DNA from: Patellaria atrata CBS 101060
Taxonomy: Eukaryota
Assembly: GCA_010093705.1 (NCBI GenBank)
Contig: MU006094.1
Span: 1,277,550-1,341,549, forward strand
DNA length: 64,000 nucleotides
Direction: 5' to 3'
In this document: positions 49,754 through 61,704 of the stretch, piece after piece
How the letters are laid out: every line of letters begins with the position of its first letter
How positions within the stretch are numbered: position 1 is the stretch's first letter
Translations under genes and position numbers: made by a program
The notes under the pieces: model-generated
The model's input: only the letters and a program-made list of their open reading frames with translations
The model's database searches: none
What the model was told of the DNA's origin: nothing

Positions 49754-52276
49754 ATGACGGATCCTAGCCCTGTTCGAACTATACCGAATGATTATCAATT
49801 CTACCGGCCTCTCGATATTTCGAAGAAAGAGATACGCCTCCTTCGGCTTTTGCCTGCTGTTTCGACAGAGGAGCACCTCGTGTGTGCACTCATCCGCACT
49901 AGTTTGGATGATGCGCCGCCTTTTCAAGCATTATCTTACTGCTGGGGCAATTTTTATGGCACCAGAAAAGCGACAGTGATGTTTCAGGAAAATGTCGTGG
50001 TTGACAGCTCCGCCGGACCCAACCGTATCGCTCAATTGAACGAGCAGTTTTCATCCCAGGGGTCTAACAAGCAAGATCATGTTACTCTATTCAATCTCAC
50101 GGCCACTTTGCATACCGCTTTGGTATCCTTTCTCCTACGAGATGCCGGAACGTTCCTATGGGCTGATATGTTATGCATCAATCAGGGCGATCCTCGTGAG
50201 AGATCTGATCAAGTTGGTATTATGCATTTGATTTACAAAGGAGCGAGCTCTGTCGTTGTCTGGCTAGGTGGAGACCCAAAGGCAGACTCGAGACTATTTC
50301 TTGACGAAGATTCTGATCTCACGTACTTCATGACAATTATGTATTCCCGTGGTTTCAACTCGGATGACTTAGGTCGTAGTTGGACAGATATGCGGAACAC
50401 TTTTATCAAAGAGACCCTTGATCCTGAAGGTGGACCTCTCCCGATTATGGAAAAGCTCAAAATTGCGAGTGTAACTTTACGAGATTTCGGCCTACCACAA
50501 CCACCGAGCTCGGACCAAGAGTCAATTACCGAATCTGTTGACATTACTGTATATTATCTCATCCTGTGGCTTCACTACCCGCTGTTGGATTGGCCCTTAG
50601 ATTGGGTTATCTGGTATGACCGTGCGAACACTCCTCTAACTACTCTCTCATATGGGACATTAGACACCGCCTCACTTGTCATGTACATTAGTCGAATCCT
50701 ACAAACAGGATCATCAGTATGGGAATGGGTTAAAACGTCAGTTTTACAAGACGCGGGAGGTGGAGTAACAGAGTACATAGTAGGATTCCTTAGACGGGTA
50801 TCAAGATTAGCATCGTGCGTATGGTTCCATCGTATCTGGGTATTCCAAGAGGTTGCGGTAAATTCCGAAGTTTACGTTCGGTATGATAGTAAAGAAGTAC
50901 CATGGCAGACAGTCCGTATCCTTTTCCTGTTTCAAAATATGGCGAGAATCTATCAACACGTACACAACCCGGTAACCCCTGGTCTAGCCAATCTTTCCAT
51001 ATTCAATGAATTCAAAGTAACTATGCAAGCGACCAAGTTTATTCCGATATTATGGAAATATATACACCGTTTTTCAAGTACACACAGCAAGGACTTTCCT
51101 CTTCTTGATCTCCTGGAGCGCTCCATAGAACTCAAAGCGACGGACGATCGTGATAAAGTATTTGCCATATATCATCTTGCAACGGACATTCCCGCAGCAG
51201 AATTTTCTCCAGACTACACACAAACTGTTCAACAAGCTTTCTCCAGGTTCACGTCTTGGGTGATTGACGCACAGCGTTCATTGCTAATCCTAACATTTGT
51301 TACTCCTCTTTCCAGGCGTGATCCGGTGTTTGGATTCCCATCTTGGGTTCCTGATTACGCGAATATTCACAGACACTTTTCTGGAAGCAGTAATGGTCGT
51401 GTTTCTGAGTCGATATTTCGAGCAAACGGAGATAGACCTCTACGGAGACACAGGAGCGACGCACCGCATGTTCTTCAACTTGAAGGAATTCCCGTCGCAT
51501 TAGTCGTCGATGTTCTTACCTTCGATGACCCCAGACTTCGTTCCGATTTCTCTAGGAATGTAACTAACGCCTCGAATCATATTCCGATAGCTCTCGTTTT
51601 TAGCGTGCTTTATCAGACGTGGTGCCTTCAGTTCTCTCGTGACTCCAATATATCTAGAGACTCCGAAGAGACACTGGAACAGACTTTCGACGTTGAGAGT
51701 TTTACCCGATTGTTATACAGAGAATACCTACCAAAAATGTCTAAACTTCTAGGATCTTTCGCGAAGGTTTTCTTGGCCAGTGACCCGGATCTCGATACTC
51801 ACCAATACTCGTGGAAAGATAAGATAACACTACAAAGATGGCGGAGCCAGGTTTCTGAAGATCCTCGCTTTAGTTACCAATATGACGCATGGGAGGCGCT
51901 CGTCAGCCTTATTTGGGGCCAACTTGCCGGATGGTCATTTTTCTTCTCGCATACTGGGAGGATAGGGCTTTGCCCCACGGGTACTAAAGCAGGAGATATC
52001 ATCGTTGTCCTGGGAGGCGGTCCCAAACCTTACGCCCTCAGAGAAAAGAGTTACCCATTTAACACACCTCTATCGGAAAAGATGATGAAAGGACCGCGAT
52101 ATGAGTTCCTCGGGGAGTGCTATCTCGAGGGATCAATGTACGGCGAATCAATAAATGGGTTGCGAGATGATCCTTTACATGAAGATCCTCTCGACCCTGA
52201 TCCGAATCTACCTTGTTTCGAGGGCGAATGTTACTTAAGAGGCTCGTATAAGACTCAGATCTATGCCATGGAGTAA
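49754..52276 (+). CDS. HET-domain (HET-6-like) protein, 840 aa
   Basis: EIRLLRL, FQALSYCWG, LWADMLCINQ, WFHRIWVFQEV, ATDDRDKVFA, PSWVPDY, GRIGLCP and FLGECYLEG in a single intact ORF. Confidence 0.9.
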   Translation: MTDPSPVRTIPNDYQFYRPLDISKKEIRLLRLLPAVSTEEHLVCALIRTSLDDAPPFQALSYCWGNFYGTRKATVMFQENVVVDSSAGPNRIAQLNEQFSSQGSNKQDHVTLFNLTATLHTALVSFLLRDAGTFLWADMLCINQGDPRERSDQVGIMHLIYKGASSVVVWLGGDPKADSRLFLDEDSDLTYFMTIMYSRGFNSDDLGRSWTDMRNTFIKETLDPEGGPLPIMEKLKIASVTLRDFGLPQPPSSDQESITESVDITVYYLILWLHYPLLDWPLDWVIWYDRANTPLTTLSYGTLDTASLVMYISRILQTGSSVWEWVKTSVLQDAGGGVTEYIVGFLRRVSRLASCVWFHRIWVFQEVAVNSEVYVRYDSKEVPWQTVRILFLFQNMARIYQHVHNPVTPGLANLSIFNEFKVTMQATKFIPILWKYIHRFSSTHSKDFPLLDLLERSIELKATDDRDKVFAIYHLATDIPAAEFSPDYTQTVQQAFSRFTSWVIDAQRSLLILTFVTPLSRRDPVFGFPSWVPDYANIHRHFSGSSNGRVSESIFRANGDRPLRRHRSDAPHVLQLEGIPVALVVDVLTFDDPRLRSDFSRNVTNASNHIPIALVFSVLYQTWCLQFSRDSNISRDSEETLEQTFDVESFTRLLYREYLPKMSKLLGSFAKVFLASDPDLDTHQYSWKDKITLQRWRSQVSEDPRFSYQYDAWEALVSLIWGQLAGWSFFFSHTGRIGLCPTGTKAGDIIVVLGGGPKPYALREKSYPFNTPLSEKMMKGPRYEFLGECYLEGSMYGESINGLRDDPLHEDPLDPDPNLPCFEGECYLRGSYKTQIYAME

Positions 52277-52424
52277 TCGATCCGGGTTCTTGCGCGCTCA
52301 TTTTCAGACCACACAACCACTTACAATGCATGTAGGAAGCTCTTAGAAGTGCTATAAGCGACCATCCCATGAAGGATATGCACTCTCATTCTTCTCCTTA
52401 TTTCATTAGCGTACTCATGTGTTT

Positions 52425-52524
52425 NNNNNNNNNNNNNNNNNNNNNNNNNNNNNNNNNNNNNNNNNNNNNNNNNNNNNNNNNNNNNNNNNNNNNNNNNNNN
52501 NNNNNNNNNNNNNNNNNNNNNNNN
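52425..52524. other. Assembly gap (100 N)
   Basis: Run of N bases. Confidence 1.
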
Positions 52525-52616
52525 TAGGAATATACCCTCATGTGCAACGACCTCAAAGTCTGTTCCGATTTTCATTCCATTCCACTAAGACTCGAGTGTT
52601 CACCGATTCCTCACCC

Positions 52617-53946
52617 CTAACTCGACGCCCTTCCCTCCAATCTTCCCTTCAAATTCCACTTCACCCGACTCACACCTCCATAACCAAACAACCACAGCTC
52701 ATCCAAATCCGGCCCGACGAACTGCACATTATTCACCACAAACGTCGACCTAATCTGGAGAATCAGTTCCCCCTCCGGACTCAGCACATCAACCCTTTCT
52801 CGAAGTCAGTAATCTCCCCAACCCAAAAGAACGAAACGAAACTCACCCCATCCCAGTTGCGCCCACAATACTCCCATCCGCCGCAACATGGACCCCATCA
52901 GTCCCAAACTCAGCCGCCAAAAATACCACCCTCTTCTCCGTCAGCACCCTTCCGCCCTTCCCCTCTAGATCCAAATCAAACGCATACAGATACCTCGGCC
53001 CCGTCGAATTCAAGCTGAACCTCGGCAACACATGCTCGGGCATGTCAAACTCCGTCAATCCAGTGTCGGTGATATAAATCGTCTTCTCGTCCGGCGACAG
53101 CGCGATCCCATTCGGCTGCACCAACGACGACTCGACGATCTGCGCCTGCCCCGTCGCGGGCCGGAACCGCCACGTCGCGGCCGGCAGCACGGGCGCCGCC
53201 GTCAGGTTCCCGCTCCACCCGTACCACGGGTCCGTGAAGAATATGTCCCCATTGCTCGCCACCACCACGTCGTCCGGGCTGTTGAACTGCGCGCCGTAGT
53301 AGTTATTCAGTAGCGTACGCGTCGCGTTCGTCGTCGGGTCCAGCTCGACGATCCCGGGCGTCTGCAGCACCGTCGACCCGTCCTCGGGGTGCGGGAACGG
53401 CACCCCGGCCGACACGGCCCAGTAAATTTTTCCGTCGTGGTAGCGCCCGCCGTTCACGCCGTAGACGGGCGGTTCCGGCGTGTAGTTTGCGATCGTCGGC
53501 CGAGGGCCGTCCAGGTTGATGATCAGCTGCGGTACTACATCTTGCGCTAGCGCTGAGAAAATGACGCTGTTGATGCTCGGGACGTAGACCGGGGCCTCGT
53601 GGACGAAGCCCGGTGGGAGGTCGAACAGGTGTTCGAGGATCGGGTCCGGGCCGAGGATGTCGGCCGCTCGGGCGTGGTCGAAGACGAGGAACGTGGCGTT
53701 ACGGACCAGCGCGAAGGTCGGGTCGGTCGTGTTGGTGCGCGGGAAGCTGTCCTCGGGGGACAGGGAGCCGTCGGAGGGGTGGAAGCGGAAGAAGGGGTAG
53801 GGCATCACGGAGGCGTGGCGGTTGATGCATACTGTGGAGGCTGTAGGGAGGCCGGGGCATGGCGCTGCGAGTTGGGCGATAGCGGAGACAGAGAAGGTGA
53901 GAAAGTGGAGCGCATGGGTGGAAAGATTGTGTCGGGTGAGCATCAT
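52617..53946 (-). CDS. Secreted SMP-30/gluconolactonase/LRE-family beta-propeller hydrolase, 2 exons
   Basis: Hydrophobic signal, HEAPVY, LLNNYYGAQFNSPDDVVV, IFFTDP, QPNGIALSPD and DGVHV. One intron at ~52847-52795. The last exon VDVLSPEG...RVKWNLKG ends at TAG 52617. An alternative start exists at 54024. Confidence 0.88.
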
Positions 53947-54953
53947 GGCGGTCCGGTCTATCGGATATGGGGACTGGGAGAGTTGGGTGATGGTGGTGCG
54001 AAGTGGAGTGGATGTGTCACACAAAGTGCTCCACCTTTCATAATTATAAGGTTCATTTCGATGTACTCTATTTCTACTGAAGTAACTACCAAGTAATTGA
54101 AAGCGCTCTGAAGAAGAAGAGGCTTGAATCCCCCCAAGCCATCATCGCGATTACGGCTATTGTCCGCATATACCTACTGAAACCGCAGTCCAAATTTGAA
54201 CCGCGGAGGCGTCGAATTCTCCGACAAAAGAAACACTCGATCAACGTGAAAAGATGCAGGTACGGACGGTATGTAATAAGTGTGCGAGCAAGATAGATTA
54301 GTAGTCGTTCGCCATGGTACGACGGAGAAGTAAAGGATAAAGATAAAAGAAAGTGGCTAAAGAGTTTAGCGTATGTAGGCATGAACTCAAAAGGCACGCC
54401 GAGAAAAAATCCCCTACGGAAATTCCGAGCACCGCATTAGCGACCGGAAGATCCTTATATGGCGTTTCGGTAACCACCCGAGAATATGCACCGGACCTCA
54501 CCGCCAAAGCCGAGACATTTGGGCGATGAACAAGATGAGCTTTTGCGGCTCGCTGGTATGACCTTCTCCTTTTGGCTGTTACCGTTATTGTGTCCAATTT
54601 TGGATATCGAGCATGTATGCGATCGACCGTGCTTTGACCCAGATTGCTGGCGGACATTACCCATGGGTTCTTGAGGTTATTTTGACGTCGTCAAAGAGTA
54701 CTATGGGTCTATGTTTGGTGAAAGACCGTTAAGGTTGCATTGGTGCCGCGGGGTTGATTGGAAACGCTCTCCAGTTGGCTAATAATTCTATATCGTACTT
54801 AAGCACCGGCACACCATCTCCAATAACCAGATTTTGAGAAGTTTCTCAGTCCGTACGCTTGTCTTCTACTTGCCATTTTCAGTAGAAGCCTGCCGATCAT
54901 TATATTGCTCCTTTGACCAGCCCAAAAAAAACTTTTGCGCCACCTTCGTCAGA

Positions 54954-55460
54954 ATGTCAAGACTCCAGTACTTTGTGTACCCTGATCAAGGACTCTTATT
55001 GCGTGAGAAGCACAGCTACAATCAAGCCGTTCGTGTTGGCGACCGTATCGAATGTGCCGGTCAGGCTATGCTAAAGTCACAGCTATAGAAAGGTACCAAT
55101 GACTGATTATCCCCAGGTAGCTGGGATCCTATCACTGGTGACATGAAGACAGACCTCGACGAAGAGATTGACCAAGCATTTGACAACGTTAATCTCGCCC
55201 TGAAGGACGCTGGTGGCAAGGGTTGGAATCAAGTCTTCCGCATCAACTCATATCACACCGATATGAGCTATGATGCATTGATGCATATGATCAAGAACAT
55301 AAGAGAAAGAATGCCGGACTACCAGCCCCTTTGGACCACCGTAGGAGTCGCGAAGCTGACCCTCGAGGGAATGCGTGTTGAGATCGAAGTTTCAGCGTTC
55401 GACGAGGAAGTGGCTGAGGAAGCGCGAAAAGCTAGAGCTGCGGCGGTGAAGCAAGAGTGA
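54954..55460 (+). CDS. YjgF/YER057c/UK114 (Rid) family protein lacking the RidA catalytic Arg; atypical intron donor
   Basis: YNQAVRVGDRIECAGQ / GSWDP...QAFDNV...RINSYH...PLWTTVGVAKL...MRVEIEVSA. The expected intron 55066-55116 begins CTATGC instead of GTATGC. Confidence 0.8.
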
Positions 55461-56362
55461 TTATGCAAAGTCAGCATTTTGACGCGGAGGAGTAGTCTGC
55501 GAATAATCAAGAAATGGGTGACTTTGTAGGTATCAACTTATTAGCCATCGATCATGAATGGGCTCGGCTGTACCCACGTGTTCTCCATGTGGATCTGACT
55601 TTACGTTCTATGCAGGAACCATAAGCTTTCAAGAGGACATTTTAAACTTCCAGAGAAGCAGAAAGGAAGGGCTGGTTATACCTTGGCAGTCTTAGATGTA
55701 TGCTTACCTTGCATCCACTAATGACTTTCCGTTTTACAAACAACAGGCGAATCTAATTATATTAGTTCTCGGGCCAGCGTGAAGCTTTCAGGCACACTTT
55801 ACACGCCAAAAAAAGCCAGGTCTGAGTAATTAAAAAAGTTATCAACGATACCTCAGGTAGAGTGTACCGCTGTTTTGAGGGGAAGATTGGGGTTTGGACG
55901 GTTGACTTACAGTGCTAATGTAGGCAATAGACTGACTGCCCTGCCGTATTCCGTACCCACCCCCATCCCCCGTTGCCAAGCCAGGTTATGACCTCTGCGG
56001 CGGCTTCACAAAAAGGTCTTCCGGGTATATATTTTCACCCCGACCGCAGCCAAGGCTATATACATCTCCGTATCTCTTAGCATGGAATGAGTTTCCTGTT
56101 CCACGCTGATGAGACTCAGTAGATCTTGCTTGTCGTTGCTTGTCTTGTTCACCAGCCCCACCACTTTCAACTGCATGCCAATGGACAGCCGCATAACCGT
56201 TCAGCTGGGCAGAAAGACGTATATAGCATCTCCAGTAAAGAACAATGGTCTTATACTACATAAGTTATGCTGGTTGCCTCCGGGGAGCTGACCGATACGC
56301 TCCTGTCCCTTTAAAGAGAAGCATGACTACCAAAGGAGTGTGATACTCTTCTAGACCTCACT

Positions 56363-58324
56363 ATGTTCGGGACTCTCATGTGTAGCGTTCAACGTAAAGA
56401 ACCGTTGACATTCATCGAAAATACGGATCATGTGTCGGCGCTGAGCCGTAGCGCTCGCGATAAACCACATATGTCCTGCGAGCTATGCCGGAAACGAAAA
56501 GTGAGTCTTCTTCCATTTTGTTTCCCCGAACGGTATGTTTCTTTCATCGATTTCTACGATTTTCGAACTTGTACTACTCGAAAGCATCTCATCGAATCGG
56601 GGTGGATGATTTATTTCGGTCGAACGGATGTGATCGATGAATGCTTGAGCAAGACCTTGCTAACGTGTTGTTTTCTTTTGACTATGTAGATACGTTGTAA
56701 CGGAAAGCCCTCGGGATGCGATAAATGCATAGCGATGTCAGCAGAGTGTCGGTATCCAGGGCGTGAAGGCCGCCGTAAGAAGCAACCATCCTCCGAGGAA
56801 GCAGATTCCTCCCAACAAAAGAATAGCGCTAGAACTGAGCGCATCCTAGACACCAAAGAACGTGGTAATCAAGGGGACGAACAGAGGGGAGTCTCAAAAG
56901 ACTCGCATGAGTCATTGAAGGATTCGTCCAAGAAAGGTACAGGCATGAGTACGAATGGGTGGCCACTCCCACAAACAGCCGACGCTGGAGCAGAAACCTT
57001 CGATCTAGAGCTGGAGCCGGATTTTGGACAGCAAGAGATGGATCACTGGCTGTTGGCGTCCTTAGCCGAAGATGGAAGTTCAGCGGCAATGGACACTACC
57101 GTCTTTCCCAACTCGATGCTATTTGAGCAACTGGAATATCCGAATACTTGTGGGGAAATGATAGACGATACCATAGGAGGTTCTCTTCTTGGTGACACTG
57201 ATAGCCTAGAAAGTGAGTACTTTCTTAACATCGTTTCACGTAGTACACGGAAACAAAGTGCTAGTACCACAAAAGCGGCGACCCATCCATCTATTTTAGA
57301 CTACACGCTGACATCACTAGGTCAAGAATTTGACGATATTGATATGAGTATGTCGTTCAGTAACTTCCCGAGTCCAGGAGATTTAACAACTCCCATGACA
57401 ATATCCCCTTTTGAGGACATATCATTGCTAGCAATGGCCAAGCATTCTGCTCAAACATCAGCATTGTATACAAATAATAACGGCGACATTCGACGAGAGT
57501 CCGCATCCCGACCACATTCCCTAGGCCGCTGGCAGAGTCGGTCCACAAATAGTGTCGATATGCTCCGATCCGCGTCTAATCGTCTAGACCAGCGTAAGAG
57601 TAATGTGACTTCTGATGTGACAATTAAGGATTCGAGAAAATCAAATGTATCGGCGACAAAAAAGGAACAAAGCGATCCGGACCAAAGTAAAGATGGCTGC
57701 CGTTGTCTACATCTAACGGCCCGGCTCCTGGACGAGCTAGCCGCAAAAAGCGCTAGCAGGAATCCAGTCGCAATGGATGTTTTACTAGGTTACTTTCGCG
57801 GGGCTCTGGCCCACTGTGGTAGCACCCTAGATTGTGAACGTTGTACTTCGAAGAGCGAGAACAACATGCTCTTAGCCATGGCAGGGCAATATATGAGCGC
57901 TATGTGCGAACGGATCGTCAAATGCTATATTGACCTGCGACGGTCGCAAGAGCGGGAGAAGTCCCAAGTTGAACGGTTACCATCATCGTCAGGAACCTGG
58001 GATTCATGTGGTGATCACGCTAGTGGAAGTAGTGACGGCGGAAGTGACATTGGAACGGAGACAAACAGCTCTGCTAGCAGCATAATGGGGTCCAGAGGTG
58101 GGCCAGACGACATGTGGTTCTCAACGTACCGGATTGAAAGCAGTAGTGAGCGTATACAGGTATTAAGATGCCTGGTAACGGTTCAGTTGCTTGAGTTTTC
58201 ACGATTGTTGGAAAAGCTCAAGGCGCGTGCAGGTAATCGGCAAGGATATCTTATACCGCTAATGGAAGCTGAAAGGAAAATGAAAGCAGTTAAGCTGATG
58301 CTGGGTAGCGATCGTCTTTCTTGA
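56363..58324 (+). CDS. Zn(II)2Cys6 transcription factor with a Cys-containing C-terminal region typical of cluster regulators, 2 exons
   Basis: CELCRKRK/IRCNGKPSGCDKCIAMSAECRYP across intron 56501-56689. C-terminal CRCL...C...CERC. Confidence 0.92.
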
Positions 58325-59078
58325 AATCTTGTTGGAAACAGATCATACACCTTGAAATGACAAATAAGATTAAACCTGTGATTTTGAAATAGATCAAAAT
58401 GGAAAAGTCGCATTGTCTTAAAATACATACAGCACAATGAAACGCATGAGAAGAGCCGACTAGAATTTGAGATGAAGTAAAGTTGGCTCTCGAGGAGAAG
58501 AAAGTGAGTGAAGTTGAAAAGTTTCAAAGATGCTGACGTCTGACCTGAGACAAAGCTGCTACTTTGGGTCTCGCTAACCACATGAAGAATAGCGGGGTTA
58601 GGAAAACACGCACGTGCTGGGCATTAGTTTCCTAAACGTTCGCGTTCAGTTCACTGATCACAATCCGACATCCCAAATACTGAGTGTGCAGATATATGGG
58701 GTTCGATTCATACCTTACTACATGTCAAGGCGTTGAATGCGGTTTGTTCTCTACTTCTAGAGTATCCCTTCAGAAAAGTGAATATTAGAGTTACCTCATT
58801 GGTCAGGTAGTGACGAAAGGTAAACATTATCTACAAGTAATATAAATGTCCGGACAACCTTTTGTTTAAAACGCCCAGGCATCCCTTTTTGCGTGGAACG
58901 GATACTGAGACGGAGTAATTCGTAAGTGATGCTCAGCTACCACATCGTCCTCCCCTTTTAACTCGTAGAACAGGGTAATACCATAAGCTTATATGAATGA
59001 TCTCTTAAAGAGCTAGGATGTACGATGGTTATTCACGCAGTTTAGAAGAATGATCTCGTAGCAATCGGACGACAATCC

Positions 59079-60913
59079 ATGAACGATACTCTCCCTGCAA
59101 TTTTGAAATTGAAAGGTGAAAGTCGACTGCAAGATTCTAGAAAAGCAAACATGAAATCTGAGGATGAAGATAAGTACTTATTGCAAGTTACGGCTGGCCC
59201 GTCCTATAATACTTCAACCCATAGCATTATACCGGTCAATGGTCCGACTGCTCATCGCATTGAAAATGAGTTCATGACGGTATGGTTGCGGGTACGCATA
59301 CGAGACTATAATGGTAGGTAACCATGAACCCTTTCTTCCCTATGGGAGGATGCTGACCAGAACTAGGGTTACCTAAAGAATCACCACTTAATGATGAGTA
59401 TTTCTCCCACCCTCTGCACCAAAGAGATAGATACTCCATCGGCTTCTCTTTCGTGCCCAAGGAATCGATTCCAGGTCAAGACCTAATCATGGGCTTTGAT
59501 TTTGACAGGCCGATCCGGGATCGACTCCCACCTGGATTCAAGAAGGCGATGAAGATAGTGACTACCATTATCGATCCAGGGATATATAGCGACCCGTATT
59601 CTGATAAACCTTACCTTTATGCACCTGCACTGTCCACATTCTTCACATTTAGACTTGGTGCTTTGATCTCAGAAGTTGACGCGGAACGGCAGTTGTCCGA
59701 CTTAGCCGCCAGGGATAAAGCTGGTGTAATAGAAGAAGGTGCAGATGGTAGCGGCCAGAAGTCTCGAGATGAAGCGGCGATACCTGAGGAAGCAGAAAAA
59801 CGACGAAAATATTTCCTGAAACGGAAAAATCTTGAACAGAATGTCTTTGAAGCGGATCGGCTCTATCAGGGAGACTTTTTCAATCCTTATCTTGACTTTG
59901 CCAGTAAGTTAGGCCCCTTTCCGTGCTCTTTCTTTTTCAGCCCAACGATATTTCTATGCAGAAGCGCATCCTGCTGGTAGGGTCCTGTGTTGTCCTCGTG
60001 ATACTTTTCTGAGATCCATGGTATCCGACAAACCCCACTGTCGGGTCAAAGAACACATAAACCTGAATCCAATTCGAAGGTCTAGACACCAACTTCCCCG
60101 ATGCTTACCGGATGTTGATCCTTCATTCTGTCCGATGAGCATGAAGATAGAGGGGAAATGGAAATGTGTATCACCTGTTATCACCTGCTATCATCGGTCC
60201 ATATGTTCTTCCGTTCCAAAGGTCCCTCTACCCCTCCTCCGGACCATCATCTTTGACGTGTTCAACGTATCTTGGCCATGAAACACCCGTCAAACCCCAC
60301 AATTCTTCTCAGTTGAATATGCGACAACGCATAGAAACGGCCCCTGTGCATCTTACCTGCAAAGGGTTTCTGGATTCTTCAGACTGACTGACTATTAGAT
60401 TTTGGGTTAAAACTTCCCGGCTTTTCGATATCAATTACGAAATACATTGACGACAAAACACACACCTTGCGCTTTGTGTTCAAGAATCGAGCCACAGGCG
60501 ATGTGTATTTCGTATGCGTGTTCACATTGCTCTTCGGGCAGGCTTTGCGGGATGCTTTAGCTAGTTCTACAGCAGACAGCGAGGAAAAGGTGGAGACAGA
60601 ACCAGGTGCTCCCTCAACTGAGAGCCAGAGTGAAAGAGATAGTGATAGACAAGATGAGAACAAGGAAAAAGCAGCTTCTGCAGTGGGAGGAGGTCTTATT
60701 GGAAGATTGTATTCAGCCCTCTCCCTGTTGGGCTTCACGCAGACGGTTCACCCGTCTAACCCCGCAAAATCTATTCTAACGTCATCTGTTCCGAGACACT
60801 CACTCGAATCGTCATCAGCCTCAAGTTCTGGTTCTAAAGGTGTAAATAATTTTGGCGACGAGACGGTGGAAGAATTTTTGAGATGGCAGCATAGCAATAG
60901 TAGGGGAAGGTGA
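59079..60913 (+). CDS. DUF1769 family protein, 3 exons
   Basis: LQVTAGPSY, VRIRDYNGLP, YFSHPLH, YSIGFSFVP, DFDRPIRDRLPPGF, IDPG, DFFNPYLDF and LKLPGF. Introns at 59314-59366 and 59904-60398. The start may instead be 59151. Confidence 0.85.
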
Positions 60914-61704
60914 GGTGTGGGCATGAATGTAGAACTAATCTCGCATCAGATAAGGGTTTTTTTTTTTTTCCTAGAAGTACCTAGTCCAATCGGAAGTACA
61001 ATTCAATACATCCAGGTTCCAGCTATCTTCCGTACTGTACGTGCTGTCACTTAAGCGTCCAGTACCTGCATCCCATCTGCATGAATCCTTCGTGTATCAA
61101 TACATGTAGCCGCGGGGAAAAAATTACCGAAAAACGGTATTCTCCCGCCCAAGGCCCCCTAGCGTTGTTTAGGGGAAAATTAATAATCAAAGAGTGTGTG
61201 TTAGTCGGCTTGCATTTCCGTAACTTTGGTGAGAGTTCAGATTACTAAGTTCACTCCTTGCATCCCACTTTTTAGAACTTCAACTCCACATGGGATATCA
61301 TTCTACCACATTTCTTTGCGTCAACTAGAACTATTCCATACGGGGCAAAAATCATATGCAAACATAGAAAATCAATACCTCCGTTGTAAAATCACACAAT
61401 TTTCTGTACAAGCACGCGACTCACCAGGGCAGTCTCCATCACACCGCCGCCGCCGCTGCACTGGTAACCTTCCCTTCCGCGTGTCTCTTGGCTTGCTCTA
61501 GAACGATACCCTTTATCTCTTTATTATTTCCTTCCTTCCTTCTCTCAATTCCTCTGTCCTTTTTTTCTTTTCTTTCTCTACATCCATCGGATATCCACGT
61601 GCACGCCAAATATACTGCGTTTTTCGTCGTTGATCAGTGATAGCACACTAGAACTAGTCATCATACGGTACTCACCTCAAGGTAGTCTCTCGCGTCGATA
61701 GATC

